Positions 1-9,638 of a stretch of 64,000 nt of DNA are shown piece after piece. Source of the stretch: Candidatus Pelethousia gallinarum (GTDB lineage Bacteria > Bacillota > Clostridia > Christensenellales > CAG-138). The notes beneath the pieces were generated by a model, which had not been told where the DNA came from, did not search any database, and saw only the letters and a list, made by a program, of their open reading frames with translations. Where the stretch lies: assembly GCA_018711995.1 (NCBI GenBank), contig DVHO01000104.1, positions 18,367-82,366 on the forward strand, in the 5' to 3' direction. Position 1 is the first letter of the stretch. Every line of letters starts with the position of its first letter. The translations under genes and the position numbers were made by a program.

Positions 1-1970
1 GGCGTCTGTATATGGTGGCTAGGCTTTGCCTGTTCTCTCGGGGGAAGGGGCGGCCGGTCCTGCTGCAAGAGGGCAGCTGGGACTTCCTCCAAAAAACGAG
101 AAGGCTTATTGAATGCATAGTCTCCAAAAAGCATCCGCTGCTTAGCATGGATCAAATATAACTTCTCTTCCGCCCGGGTCATGCCAACATAGCAAAGGCG
201 CCTTTCTTCTTCCAAAGCAGACTGGTTCAAAGCATTTCTGGCCCGGGCGGTAGGGAAGATATTTTCCTCCATACCGCACAGAAATACCACCGGGAATTCC
301 AACCCCTTGGCGCTATGCAAGGTCATTAAGTTAACGGCATCCGCATTGCCATCCAATCCATCCACATCGGATACCAAGGCCACGTTTTCCAAAAAAGCCG
401 GCAATGCGCTTTCCCCTTCCGGCACATCCCGTTCCACTTCCCGTATATTGCCGATTAGCTCTCGCAAGTTGTCCATCCGGTTTTCCAGGTCTCCCTTTTT
501 GTCTTCCGCGCGAAGGAAGGCTTCATACTCCAGGGCGCCGATCATCTGCTCGGTAAATGCGGAAAGGGGCATGGTCTCGCATAGGGCGATAAAGGCGGCC
601 ATCGTCTCTGAAAATGGTTGCAGCTTTTGGGCTACCCGATCGGAAAGGCCCTGCCCATCCATAGCCACCGCAAGCATATATGTCCCCCGTTGCTCCGCCA
701 CTGCAGACAGCTCGCCGATGGTCGCCTCACCGATGGCCCGTTTTGGCACATTGATGATGCGGCGCAGGGCCATATTATCCGCCGGATTATAGATCAACCG
801 CAGATAGGCCATAATGTCCTTGATTTCCCGCCGTTCATAGAACCGCTGGCCTCCCAGGACTTTATTGGGAATGCCATAATTGATCAGGGTGGATTCCAAC
901 ACCCGGCTTTGGGCGTTCATCCGGTAGAGTACGGCGAAGTCCCGATAATGCCTGCCGGCGCGAACCCCCTCCAGGATTTTTTTACATAGAAATGCGGATT
1001 CGTCTCGCTCGTTGGCGGCTGTGTACAGTTCGATTTGTTCCCCGCCGGTTTTTTCCGTCCAAAGGCGCTTAGATTTCCGCCCGGTATTGTGGCCAATTAC
1101 CGCGTTGGCCGCATCCAAAATGATCGACGTGGAGCGGTAATTCTGCTCCAACCGAATCACCTTAGCGCCTTCAAAGTCCTTTTCAAAATCCAGGATGTTC
1201 CGAATATCCGCCCCCCGCCAGCCATAGATGCTCTGGTCATCGTCGCCTACAACGCAGATGTTCCGGTGCTCCCTGCACAGCAGCTGGATCAGCTTATACT
1301 GGGGCAGGTTGGTATCCTGGTATTCATCCACCAGCACATACTGGAACCGGTTGCGATATTTTTCCAGTACGTCGGGAAATGCCTCAAACAGTTGCAGCGT
1401 CATGCATAATAGGTCGTCAAAGTCCAACGCATTGGCCTCCAGCAGCCCGCGCTGATAGCCTTTAAACACCTTATACACCGCCTGGTCCAATCCAGGATGA
1501 TCCGCGATATATTTTTCCGGCTCCAGGGATCTATTTTTCGCCTCGGAAAACCAGTCCTTTAGATCTCGTTTTGGCAGGTCTTTATCGCTAATGCCCAAAT
1601 TTTTTAATACGCTACCGATCAGGGACATTTGATCATCCGTATCGTATATGACGAAGTTCCGCTCGCGCCCCAAGCGTTGGATATCGCTTCGAAGGATGCG
1701 GACGCAGCAGGCGTGAAAGGTGGTGATCCACATATCCCGCGGGTCCGCATCCACCAATGCGCTGGTGCGCTCCTGCATTTCCTTTGCCGCCTTATTGGTA
1801 AAGGTAAGGGCTAAAATATTCCAAGGTTTGACCCCATGTTCCATCAGGTTGGCGATCCGATAGGTCAACACCCGGGTTTTCCCGCTACCTGCCCCCGCCA
1901 ATACCAGCAAGGGCCCTTCTAAGCATTCCACTGCCTGGCGCTGCTCTTTATTCAAAACGGATAAGTCCAT
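1..1970 (-). CDS. pcrA: ATP-dependent DNA helicase, PcrA/UvrD family (N-terminal ~656 codons; gene continues past the left edge)
   Basis: Absent from the ORF track because the frame is open to nt 1. Reverse-strand translation from ATG 1970-1968 reads MDLSVLNKEQRQAVECLEGPLLVLAGAGSGKTRVLTYRIANLMEHGVKPWNILALTFTNKAAKEMQERT..., which carries UvrD-family motifs (GSGKT Walker A, Ia). I checked by hand that the frame is still open at nt 3-60. The + strand ORFs listed here (307-792, 618-989, 1035-1409 etc.) are antisense artefacts. Confidence 0.85.
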   Translation of the reverse strand, partial: MDLSVLNKEQRQAVECLEGPLLVLAGAGSGKTRVLTYRIANLMEHGVKPWNILALTFTNKAAKEMQERTSALVDADPRDMWITTFHACCVRILRSDIQRLGRERNFVIYDTDDQMSLIGSVLKNLGISDKDLPKRDLKDWFSEAKNRSLEPEKYIADHPGLDQAVYKVFKGYQRGLLEANALDFDDLLCMTLQLFEAFPDVLEKYRNRFQYVLVDEYQDTNLPQYKLIQLLCREHRNICVVGDDDQSIYGWRGADIRNILDFEKDFEGAKVIRLEQNYRSTSIILDAANAVIGHNTGRKSKRLWTEKTGGEQIELYTAANERDESAFLCKKILEGVRAGRHYRDFAVLYRMNAQSRVLESTLINYGIPNKVLGGQRFYERREIKDIMAYLRLIYNPADNMALRRIINVPKRAIGEATIGELSAVAEQRGTYMLAVAMDGQGLSDRVAQKLQPFSETMAAFIALCETMPLSAFTEQMIGALEYEAFLRAEDKKGDLENRMDNLRELIGNIREVERDVPEGESALPAFLENVALVSDVDGLDGNADAVNLMTLHSAKGLEFPVVFLCGMEENIFPTARARNALNQSALEEERRLCYVGMTRAEEKLYLIHAKQRMLFGDYAFNKPSRFLEEVPAALLQQDRPPLPPREQAKPSHHIQT

Positions 1971-2096
1971 ACTTCACCATCCTAATCTTTATTCCAATTT
2001 ATTATAGCATCTTCTGAATGGATTTGTATAGAACTAGGGGCGTGTGGCGTTAGCATTGAATTCATGCGTTCCTTTGCTTTTCATGCTTTATATCCG

Positions 2097-2133
2097 CAAA
2101 ACAACAGCGGCGGTAAAAACGTTTGCCGCCGCG
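2097..2133 (-). terminator. Putative intrinsic terminator after the 2158-3015 gene
   Basis: Minus-strand RNA reads GCGGCGG-caaacguuuuua-CCGCCGC followed by UGUUGUUUUG. This is a 7-bp GC stem plus a U-rich tail. Confidence 0.5.
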
Positions 2134-2157
2134 TCATCACCGTCTTGCGTTTTGCTA

Positions 2158-3015
2158 TCACAAAAGAGTCTCCTTCTGCTGAAGGCGAAGCATTGCCTGC
2201 GCATTGGCCAAGGCGTTTAATAAATGCTCCAGGTCCAATTTCAACGCCGGTTCCTTTGGCAAAGCGGATGGGGCTTCCCCAATGCTATCGGTCAGGCGTA
2301 CGACGATTGCATTTTCCTGTAGGTCTGGCCGCATGGTATAGACATAGCGTTGTCCTTGGGCAGGAAGGTCATAGTAAAGCGTGTGGTCCACTTCCAATAT
2401 GGTGTCGCACGGTAAATAGGAAAGGGTATGCTGCATAGATCGTTCCGTCTTTGTGTTCTCCTGGGAAAGCCCGCTGATATACATGGAAAACGCCTCATCC
2501 CACCAACGACAAGCTATATTGGATGGAAGGCTTTCATCATGGCTAAACCAGCCCTGCACATCCTTTGCGTCAAAGTCGGTCCCATCGCCCCGGGCTTGCA
2601 GCACCAGGGAAAATGCGGCCTGGTCAAAGGGCTGCATATCATAGGTAACGTCAATCTGGACGCTGCCGGTATAGCGTCCGTTTGGATCAACGGTAAGGCC
2701 CTCTTTGGAGAGGTCCATCGTCACATTCCATTCCCGCTGCAAGGTTATGCCCCCCAGCTGCACAGGTTCCTGTCCGGCCCCTTCCACCGTCAGCTTCCAC
2801 CCGCCGGCAGCATCCTCCCGGGCCAAGGTGCCGTAAAAGGGAATCCCGTTTATGGTAAGGCTTGCGTCATATTCTGGGCCATTTAAATGGAGGGTCTGTG
2901 CATTCGCCGCCGTTCCAGTCATTGCGCAGCTGGCAAAGGCCAAAATACAGATTACCCCTTTGGCTATATGTCTCCATCCCACAGCATCGCCTCCCTGCCT
3001 GTTTTTGTTATCCAT
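2158..3015 (-). CDS. Secreted protein of unknown function
   Basis: 285-aa ORF. The N-terminus has a charged n-region and a hydrophobic core (KGVICILAFASCAMTGTAANA/Q), which looks like a signal peptide. No family recognised. No SD before the ATG; see the leaderless finding. Confidence 0.6.
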   Translation of the reverse strand: MDNKNRQGGDAVGWRHIAKGVICILAFASCAMTGTAANAQTLHLNGPEYDASLTINGIPFYGTLAREDAAGGWKLTVEGAGQEPVQLGGITLQREWNVTMDLSKEGLTVDPNGRYTGSVQIDVTYDMQPFDQAAFSLVLQARGDGTDFDAKDVQGWFSHDESLPSNIACRWWDEAFSMYISGLSQENTKTERSMQHTLSYLPCDTILEVDHTLYYDLPAQGQRYVYTMRPDLQENAIVVRLTDSIGEAPSALPKEPALKLDLEHLLNALANAQAMLRLQQKETLL

Positions 3016-3078
3016 ATTAAATTATAGCAGAAGGCCGGCTGCAAAGACAGCCGGCCCCAACGTATGGTTTGTAAACTT

Positions 3079-4260
3079 TTATATTCTCCCCCAGGCTTGT
3101 AAGCCTTGCAGGATGGAGGAAAACGCCTTTTCCACGTTTTCCCGGCTGGTGGCCAGGTTGATCCGGATGTGGCTTTGTCCATCCCCCTCGAACCAGGCGC
3201 CATAATCCACTGCAATGCCGCAGGTTTCCTCAAAGAAGCGTTCCATCTCCTCCGGCTGCAAATAGGCGGCGAAGTCCACCCACATCAGATAGGTCCCTTC
3301 CAAAGGGGTAACGCAGGCCTTTGGCAGGTGGATTGCCAGCTGCTCCCGTAGGTATCCATAATTGTTCCAGATGATCTCCTGCACCTGCTGCAACCACGCC
3401 TTGCCGCCTCGATAGGCTGCTTCCACCGCAATATACCCGAACGGATTCCCTTCCCGTATGTGGATCCGCTTGGTGAAGGCGTCGTATTCCTTCCGGAGCT
3501 TGGCGTCCGGCAGCACCACAAAGGCATTTTGGCAGCCTGCCAGATTAAATGTTTTGCTGGCGGCAGTCAAGGTGATCACCATGTGGCTGTAATCCCCCGC
3601 CGTAGCGCTGGGGATGTGCTTATGCCCGTCAAAGGTAAGATCCTGGTGTATCTCATCGGACAACACCAGCACGCCATGTTTCTTGCAGATATCCAGCATG
3701 GCGGTCAGTTCCTCCCTGCGCCAAACCCGGCTGACAGGGTTATGCGGGGAGGACATGATGAACATGCGCACCTGGTTCTCCGCGATCGCGGCTTCAAAGG
3801 CGGCAAGATCCACCGAATATTGCCCATCCTGGTGGACCAGCTGGCAGGCGACCAGCGTCCGTTCATTGTCCCGTACCGCATGAAGGAAGGGATAATAGAC
3901 AGGGGTCAATACCAGGACTCGGTCCTGGGGCTCGGTAAAGATCTGGATCAGCCAGTTGATGGCAGGCACCACCCCCGGGGAAAACCGCAGCCATTCCCGC
4001 TGCACCGAATAGCCATGACGTTCCTGTTCCCAATCCATAAAGGCTTGATAATAGCCTTCGCTGGGATGGTAGTACCCGAATACGCCGGTATCCAAATAGT
4101 CTTTTTCCGCCTCCAGCACGCACTGGGGCACGCGGAAATCCATATCCGCCACCCACAGGGCCAGCAGATCCTCTCTGCCAAAGCGTTCCCCCAAGCCGTC
4201 CCATTTTTCGCAATGGGTGCCCTTCCGATCCACATAGAGAATGGGTTCGTCCATGGTCAA
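3079..4260 (-). CDS. patB: PLP-dependent C-S lyase / aminotransferase class I-II (PatB/MalY type cystathionine beta-lyase)
   Basis: 393 aa. N-terminus DRKGTHCEKWD...LALWVADMDF and the PLP-lysine motif AASKTFNLAG are typical of MalY/PatB. The start lies 6 nt after the pheT stop. Confidence 0.8.
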   Translation of the reverse strand: MTMDEPILYVDRKGTHCEKWDGLGERFGREDLLALWVADMDFRVPQCVLEAEKDYLDTGVFGYYHPSEGYYQAFMDWEQERHGYSVQREWLRFSPGVVPAINWLIQIFTEPQDRVLVLTPVYYPFLHAVRDNERTLVACQLVHQDGQYSVDLAAFEAAIAENQVRMFIMSSPHNPVSRVWRREELTAMLDICKKHGVLVLSDEIHQDLTFDGHKHIPSATAGDYSHMVITLTAASKTFNLAGCQNAFVVLPDAKLRKEYDAFTKRIHIREGNPFGYIAVEAAYRGGKAWLQQVQEIIWNNYGYLREQLAIHLPKACVTPLEGTYLMWVDFAAYLQPEEMERFFEETCGIAVDYGAWFEGDGQSHIRINLATSRENVEKAFSSILQGLQAWGRI

Positions 4261-4266
4261 ACCTCC

Positions 4267-6669
4267 TTATCCCCGCAATTCCGCACCCAGGCGGGCGCGT
4301 AAGGCCTTGACCAACGCCTCCATGGCCCCGGAGATGTCCTCATCGGTCAGCGTCCGGTCCTCCGCCCGCAGGGTATAGGAATAGGCCATGCTCTTCTTGC
4401 CCTCGGGTATCCCTTTACCGCGATATACGTCGAACAGGGACACGTTCTCTAGGATCACCTTTACAGGCGCCTGTTCCATAACCTGCTGCACCTGGGCAGC
4501 GGTGACGGTTTCATCCACCACCACAGCGATATCCCGAGGCACCACCGGATATTTGGGCAGCGGCTGATAGGTGACCGCGCCAGGCAAGTTGGCGGTCAAG
4601 CCCTGGAAGGATAGCTCCGCCACATACACCTTCTGGGGAATGCCATAAGCCTTTTGGGTATCCGGATGGATGGCGCCCATTTCCCCGATGGGCTGGCCAT
4701 TGAGCAAAAGAATGGCTTTCTGGCCAGGCTGGAAATAGGGGCTGCCGCCAGGCTTTACGGAAAGGGCCCCTATAAGCCCAAGGCGCTCCACACAGGCTTC
4801 CACGCAGCCTTTGAGGGTGAAGAAGTCCTCTTCCTCCCCGGTAAAGGCAAAACCCAGCATCCTGCGTTCTTCTGGAAGATCCGCATTATTGTCCAGATGC
4901 ACGTTTCCCACTTCAAAGAAGCGGCCCTGACCGGTTTTCCGGTTGCAATTGAGGGCGATGGACCGAAGCATCCCCGGCACCAGGGTGGTGCGCATCAGGC
5001 TTTGATCCTCCCCAAAGGGATTGAGCAGCTTGACAGCCAGGCGTTTTTCGTCGTCCTCCGGCAGCCGAAGGGCGTTCAAGTCCGCCGGGCCTATGAAGTT
5101 GTAATTGTACATCTCATAGCAGCCCAACGCCACGCACAAATCCTTGATCCGATCCTCCCGGGCGCATTCCACGCTGGGCCGGCCCTGGAAGGTATCCCCC
5201 CGCATCAAGGTGGGCGGGATGTTGTCATAGCCGTAGATCCGGCCTACTTCCTCTGCGATGTCCCAATCGGTTTCGATGCTGCTCTCAATATCCACCCGGT
5301 AATGGGGGATGGTGACCACCAGCTTGTCTCCCGCTACCCGGCTGCCGATGTTGATGGTAGACAGCATCTTCGCCATTTCTTCCCCGGAGAAACGGGTATT
5401 CAGGATCCGGTTCACATGGGCGATATCCGCTTCCACCACCCGGTCCGCCGTATCCACGCTGCATACGTCGATGGCCTGGCCCACCACCTTGCCGGCTTTG
5501 AGCTCGTCCACCAGCTCAATGGCCCGCTGGGCCGCCAGCATGGCGTTCACCGGCTCCACGCCCTTGATGAACCGCGCCGCCGCATCCGTTACGTGGCGCA
5601 GCTCCCGGGTGGTCCTACGGATGCTGCTGCCCTTGAACACCGCCGCTTCAAACAATACGGCCTTGGTGTTCTCGGTGATCTCGCTGTTTTCGCCGCCCAT
5701 GACGCCGGCGATGCCCACGCCCTTGGTGGGGTCTGCGATCAGCAGCATATCCTCCGTGGTCTCCCGCTCCTTGCTGTCCAGGGTGACTACCTTCTCCCCA
5801 GGATAGGCCTTGCGCACTACGATATGCCCATCCGCCACGCATCGCAGGTCAAAGGCGTGCATGGGATGGCCGTATTCCACCATCACATAGTTGGTGATGT
5901 CCACGATGTTGTTGATGGGCCGAAGGCCCACGGCCCGCAGCTTTTTCTGCATCCAGGCGGGGCTGGGCTCGATCTTGATATCCGTTACCACCCGGGCCAC
6001 ATACCGGGGGCAAAGGTCTGGAGCCAGCACTTCCACGGAGGCATAGTCGCTGGCATTCCCCTCCCCCTGGATCTGGCGGATCACAGGCTCCTGGAATTTC
6101 TGTCCCAGGGCGGCCGCCGCCTCCCGACAAATGCCGATGATGCTGGCGCAATCCGCCCGGTTAGGGGTCAGCTCAATGTCGAACACCACATCGTCCATGC
6201 CCAGGGCTTCCTGGATCCGCTGGCCCAAGGGATGCTCGCCCTGCAAGATCAGGATGCCGTAGACCCCTGCCCCCGGATAGTCCTCCTCGGTGAGGCCCAA
6301 TTCCTGGCCGGAACACAGCATACCATCGCTATGCACCCCCCGCATCTTGGTGGGGTGGATCTCCAGCCCGCCCACCAGCTTGGCCCCATCCAGGGCCACC
6401 GGCACCAGGGCGCCTTCGAATACGTTCGTTGCCCCGGTGACCACAGTGAGCTTCTCCGGCTGCCCCACGTCGATGGAACAGATTTGCAGCTTATCCGCAT
6501 TGGGGTGTTTGGACAGGGCGTCGATGCGGCCCACCACCGTATGGGTGACCGGCATCTCCGGCTCCACGGCGGCGGTCTCAAATCCCCGCCACATCATCAA
6601 TTCCACAAAGCGGTCAACGCTCACGTTGAAATCCACGTATTCCTTGAGCCATTTAAGCGGCAATTTCAT
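4267..6669 (-). CDS. pheT: Phenylalanine--tRNA ligase beta subunit
   Basis: 800 aa. MKLPLKWLKEYVDF... N-terminus, tRNA-binding, B3/4 and B5 regions recognisable. Directly downstream of pheS. Confidence 0.95.
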   Translation of the reverse strand: MKLPLKWLKEYVDFNVSVDRFVELMMWRGFETAAVEPEMPVTHTVVGRIDALSKHPNADKLQICSIDVGQPEKLTVVTGATNVFEGALVPVALDGAKLVGGLEIHPTKMRGVHSDGMLCSGQELGLTEEDYPGAGVYGILILQGEHPLGQRIQEALGMDDVVFDIELTPNRADCASIIGICREAAAALGQKFQEPVIRQIQGEGNASDYASVEVLAPDLCPRYVARVVTDIKIEPSPAWMQKKLRAVGLRPINNIVDITNYVMVEYGHPMHAFDLRCVADGHIVVRKAYPGEKVVTLDSKERETTEDMLLIADPTKGVGIAGVMGGENSEITENTKAVLFEAAVFKGSSIRRTTRELRHVTDAAARFIKGVEPVNAMLAAQRAIELVDELKAGKVVGQAIDVCSVDTADRVVEADIAHVNRILNTRFSGEEMAKMLSTINIGSRVAGDKLVVTIPHYRVDIESSIETDWDIAEEVGRIYGYDNIPPTLMRGDTFQGRPSVECAREDRIKDLCVALGCYEMYNYNFIGPADLNALRLPEDDEKRLAVKLLNPFGEDQSLMRTTLVPGMLRSIALNCNRKTGQGRFFEVGNVHLDNNADLPEERRMLGFAFTGEEEDFFTLKGCVEACVERLGLIGALSVKPGGSPYFQPGQKAILLLNGQPIGEMGAIHPDTQKAYGIPQKVYVAELSFQGLTANLPGAVTYQPLPKYPVVPRDIAVVVDETVTAAQVQQVMEQAPVKVILENVSLFDVYRGKGIPEGKKSMAYSYTLRAEDRTLTDEDISGAMEALVKALRARLGAELRG

Positions 6670-6687
6670 GCTATTTCTCCCCCTTCC

Positions 6688-7710
6688 TTAGAACTGCCGG
6701 AGGAACCGGGCGTCGTTCTCATACTCCAGCCGGATATCCGTAATGCCGTGTTTCAGGTTGGTGATCCGGTCCACGCCTACGCCGAAGGCTACGCCCTTCC
6801 ATTCCTTGGGGTCCAGGCCGCAGTTTTCGATGATATGGGGGTTGGATACGCCGCAGCCCAGGATCTCCAACCAGCCGGTACCCTTGCAGGCCCGGCAGCC
6901 CTTGCCGCCGCACAGGGTGCAGCTGATATCCACCTCGGCGGAAGGCTCCGTAAAGGGGAAATAGCTTGGCCGGAACCGCATACGCACATCGTCTCCGAAT
7001 ACCGCATGGATAAAGGTGAGCAGAATGCCCTTCAGGTCCGCCAGGGTAATCTCCCGGTCCACCACAAAGCCTTCGATCTGCATGAACACAGGGCTGTGGC
7101 TGGCATCCACCTCGTCCACCCGGAACACCCTGCCCGGCATGATCAGCCGGAAGGGGGGCTTCACGTTCAGCAGCGCCCGGGCTTCGCAGGGGCTGGTATG
7201 GGTCCGCAGCACCACCCGGTCGTTTACGTAGAAGGTATCCTGCATATCCCGGGCAGGATGGTCCAAGGGCAGGTTCAGCTTGGTAAAGTTATAATCGTCA
7301 TACTCCACCTCGGGTCCCTCGTAAGTGGTGAACCCCATTCCCACCAATGCGTCCCGGATCTCCCGATAGGTTTGGGTCATGGGATGCAGCCTGCCCAGGG
7401 CCCGGCCAGGTTTTCCAGGCTCCGTCACGTCTAAGGCTTCCTTCTCGAACCGGAGGGCTTGCATCTTTTCCCCGATCACAGCCTTCCGCTTGGCCAATTC
7501 CGCCTCTAACTCCTTTTTGACCGTATTGGCGGCCTGTCCCAACTTTGCCCGCTCGTCCTTGCTCAACTGGCTCATGCCCCTCAAAATACCCGTCAAGGCG
7601 CCGTTGCGCCCCAGGATGGATACGTTGATCTCGTCCAGCTCCGCCCCATCCCTGGCTGCTTGCAGCCGGGCCAGGGTCTCCTGGCGGATCTTTTCCAATG
7701 CCTCTGTCAT
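6688..7710 (-). CDS. pheS: Phenylalanine--tRNA ligase alpha subunit
   Basis: The ORF is open from 7785. I place the start at Met26 (MTEALEKIRQETLARL...), because the upstream 25 codons overlap the T-box terminator. Class II aaRS motifs are present (FRVDEVDASHSPVFMQIEG, GFAFGVGVDR). Confidence 0.9.
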   Translation of the reverse strand: MTEALEKIRQETLARLQAARDGAELDEINVSILGRNGALTGILRGMSQLSKDERAKLGQAANTVKKELEAELAKRKAVIGEKMQALRFEKEALDVTEPGKPGRALGRLHPMTQTYREIRDALVGMGFTTYEGPEVEYDDYNFTKLNLPLDHPARDMQDTFYVNDRVVLRTHTSPCEARALLNVKPPFRLIMPGRVFRVDEVDASHSPVFMQIEGFVVDREITLADLKGILLTFIHAVFGDDVRMRFRPSYFPFTEPSAEVDISCTLCGGKGCRACKGTGWLEILGCGVSNPHIIENCGLDPKEWKGVAFGVGVDRITNLKHGITDIRLEYENDARFLRQF

Positions 7711-7737
7711 AGCCTTCCTCCATATGTCTCCATAAAA

Positions 7738-7962
7738 TTGAAAGCGCGCCCGTCCCAAGGGACGAAGGCGCGCTCGTGGTACCACCCTATTTCACCCCGC
7801 CAACACGGGGCCTTTTCCGCTATATCGGGCTTACCCGGCGCCAACTACGCACCCCTTATGGGGCTTCCCCGGCGCGGCTCGGGAGGGAACTGATGCCGCG
7901 TGCCTGTGGAGGCCATCTCAGCCGCCGGCCCTCTCTTGGCCACAGGATACGCCGCTTTTCTC
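7738..7962 (-). promoter_or_regulatory. T-box leader (tRNA-sensing transcription attenuator) upstream of pheS
   Basis: Minus-strand RNA contains AAAUAGGGUGGUACCACGAGCGCG (T-box sequence, plus coords ~7771-7795). It is immediately followed by the terminator GCGCGCCUUCGUCCCUUGGGACGGGCGCGC + UUUCAAUUUU (7734-7773). Upstream there is a stem I with CCUGUGG...CCACAGG and an AGAGAG (GA/K-turn-like) motif. A UUC triplet lies in the 3' internal-loop region (..GGCAUCAGUUCCCUCC..) and is a plausible Phe specifier, but this is not proven. Confidence 0.8.
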
Positions 7963-7985
7963 CGTCAATGCCGTTATTCTTGGGT

Positions 7986-8014
7986 ATTTTAGCATATTCC
8001 TCTGCTGAAAGCAA
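7986..8014 (-). promoter_or_regulatory. Sigma-A-type promoter candidate for the T-box/pheST transcript
   Basis: Minus strand reads TTGCTT-17 nt-TAAAAT with a TGn extended -10 (aTGcTAAAAT), about 25 nt upstream of the stem I base. Confidence 0.45.
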
Positions 8015-8054
8015 GGCTTCCGAAACAGATTTACCAGCTTTTCCCCAGGGTTTC

Positions 8055-9638
8055 TCAATCCCATTTCTTCAGCAGGGCGTCCAGGTCTGCTCCCAGCTTT
8101 TGTGCCCGTTCCCCCTGGGCGCTGGCGGCTAGCTGCATCAGCTTTGCCATACGGGACAACAAGCTCTCCATAGTGGATACCGAGGCTTCCGCCTGGCGCT
8201 TGAGCTGCACAACCGGCTCCCGATGCACGCTGCCGGTGCCCAGGTCAAAGGCTTCAAACAGCTCCGGCACGGAAACGGTATAGCCCAGGGAGCGCACGGC
8301 GGCGGCAAAGCCGTCGATCACATCCTTTTCGCCGTGTACCAGGAATACTCGAGTGGGCTTTTGGGGGATCTTCTGGAGCCATTGGAGCATCTCATCTCGG
8401 CCTGCATGGCCGGAAAAGCCGGAGATCTGCACGATATTGGCGTTTACGATCACCTGCTCGCCAAACATTTTGACCCGCTTTGCCCCATCCACCAGCAGTC
8501 GGCCCAAGGTGCCCGCTGCCTGATAGCCGGCAAAGACGATGGTGCTATCCGCCCGATAGAGGTTATGCTTCAGGTGGTGCCGAATGCGGCCTGCATCGCA
8601 CATGCCCGAGGAGGAGATGATAATATTACAGCCAGGTTGGGTATTGATCTGTTTGCTCTCTTCAGCGGTCTGGGCGATACGCAGGGTAGGGAACTCAAAG
8701 AGATCCCCTTCCCGGGACATCTCTAGAGCCTCTTGGTCGTAGTTTTCCTTGGTGCAGTTTTCATAGATCCGGGTGGCCTTGATGCCCAACGGGCTATCCA
8801 AATACACCGGCACCCGTTCTAGCCCCGGCACCGTGCCTTCGATAAGCATCCGCTTGATATAATACAGCAGCTCCTGGGTACGGCCCACCGCAAAGGCGGG
8901 GATCACGATATTGCCGCCCCGGGCGATACCCGCCCGCAGCACGGAAGCCAATTCCGCCTCCTTTTCCGCATCGGTGGTCACTTCATGGTTCCGGTCGCCA
9001 TAGGTACTTTCCATCACCAGATAGTCTGCTCCTTCCACGATATCCGGATCGTTGATGATGGGCCGGTCTCCCCGGCCAAGGTCCCCGGAAAAGGCCACGC
9101 GAACGGTTTTATCTTCCTCGGTGATCCACACCTCGATGGCCGCGCTGCCCATCAGATGGCCCACGTTGGTAAAGCGGGCCTTTACGCCCGGGCAAACCTC
9201 CACCACCGTGCCATAGGGGATACTTTTAAAACGCTCGCAAGCGAGCGCCGCGTCCTTGACGCTATACAGGGGCTCCGCCGGCGGCTTGCCAGCCCGCAGG
9301 TTCTTACGGGTCTGCTCCTCCGCATCCTGCTCCTGGATGTGTGCGCTATCCGCCAACATGATCTCACATAGCTTTGCAGTGGCGCTGGTGCTATAGATGG
9401 GGCCTGCAAATCCTCGCTTTGTCAAAAGAGGCACGAGGCCTGTATGGTCGATATGGGCATGGGTCACCAGCAAAGCGGTGATCTCATGGGGGTCAAAGGG
9501 GAACTCTCCGTTGGGCATGGCTTTCTCGTCGGCACCCTGGCGCATACCGCAATCCACCAGGATGTTTCCACCGGCAAACTGGATCAGATGGCAGGAACCC
9601 GTCACCGTCTGGGCCGCGCCGCAAAATTTGATTTTCAT
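8055..9638 (-). CDS. MBL-fold metallo-hydrolase with beta-CASP / RNA-specificity domain (RNase J/CPSF-like)
   Basis: 527 aa. MKIKFCGAAQTVTGSCHLI... and the THAHIDHTG metallo-beta-lactamase motif, followed by beta-CASP-like and C-terminal regions. An extended -10 (TGgTATAAT) lies about 30 nt upstream of the ATG. Confidence 0.8.
   Translation of the reverse strand: MKIKFCGAAQTVTGSCHLIQFAGGNILVDCGMRQGADEKAMPNGEFPFDPHEITALLVTHAHIDHTGLVPLLTKRGFAGPIYSTSATAKLCEIMLADSAHIQEQDAEEQTRKNLRAGKPPAEPLYSVKDAALACERFKSIPYGTVVEVCPGVKARFTNVGHLMGSAAIEVWITEEDKTVRVAFSGDLGRGDRPIINDPDIVEGADYLVMESTYGDRNHEVTTDAEKEAELASVLRAGIARGGNIVIPAFAVGRTQELLYYIKRMLIEGTVPGLERVPVYLDSPLGIKATRIYENCTKENYDQEALEMSREGDLFEFPTLRIAQTAEESKQINTQPGCNIIISSSGMCDAGRIRHHLKHNLYRADSTIVFAGYQAAGTLGRLLVDGAKRVKMFGEQVIVNANIVQISGFSGHAGRDEMLQWLQKIPQKPTRVFLVHGEKDVIDGFAAAVRSLGYTVSVPELFEAFDLGTGSVHREPVVQLKRQAEASVSTMESLLSRMAKLMQLAASAQGERAQKLGADLDALLKKWD

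Noticed and set aside
4654-7434. A 926-aa ORF on the plus strand spanning pheT, the pheS-pheT spacer and pheS
   Set aside because: It is exactly antisense to two strongly conserved aaRS genes. It has a His/Gly/Pro/Ala/Arg-rich low-complexity composition, no SD and no recognisable domain. Long stop-free antisense frames are expected in GC-rich coding DNA.
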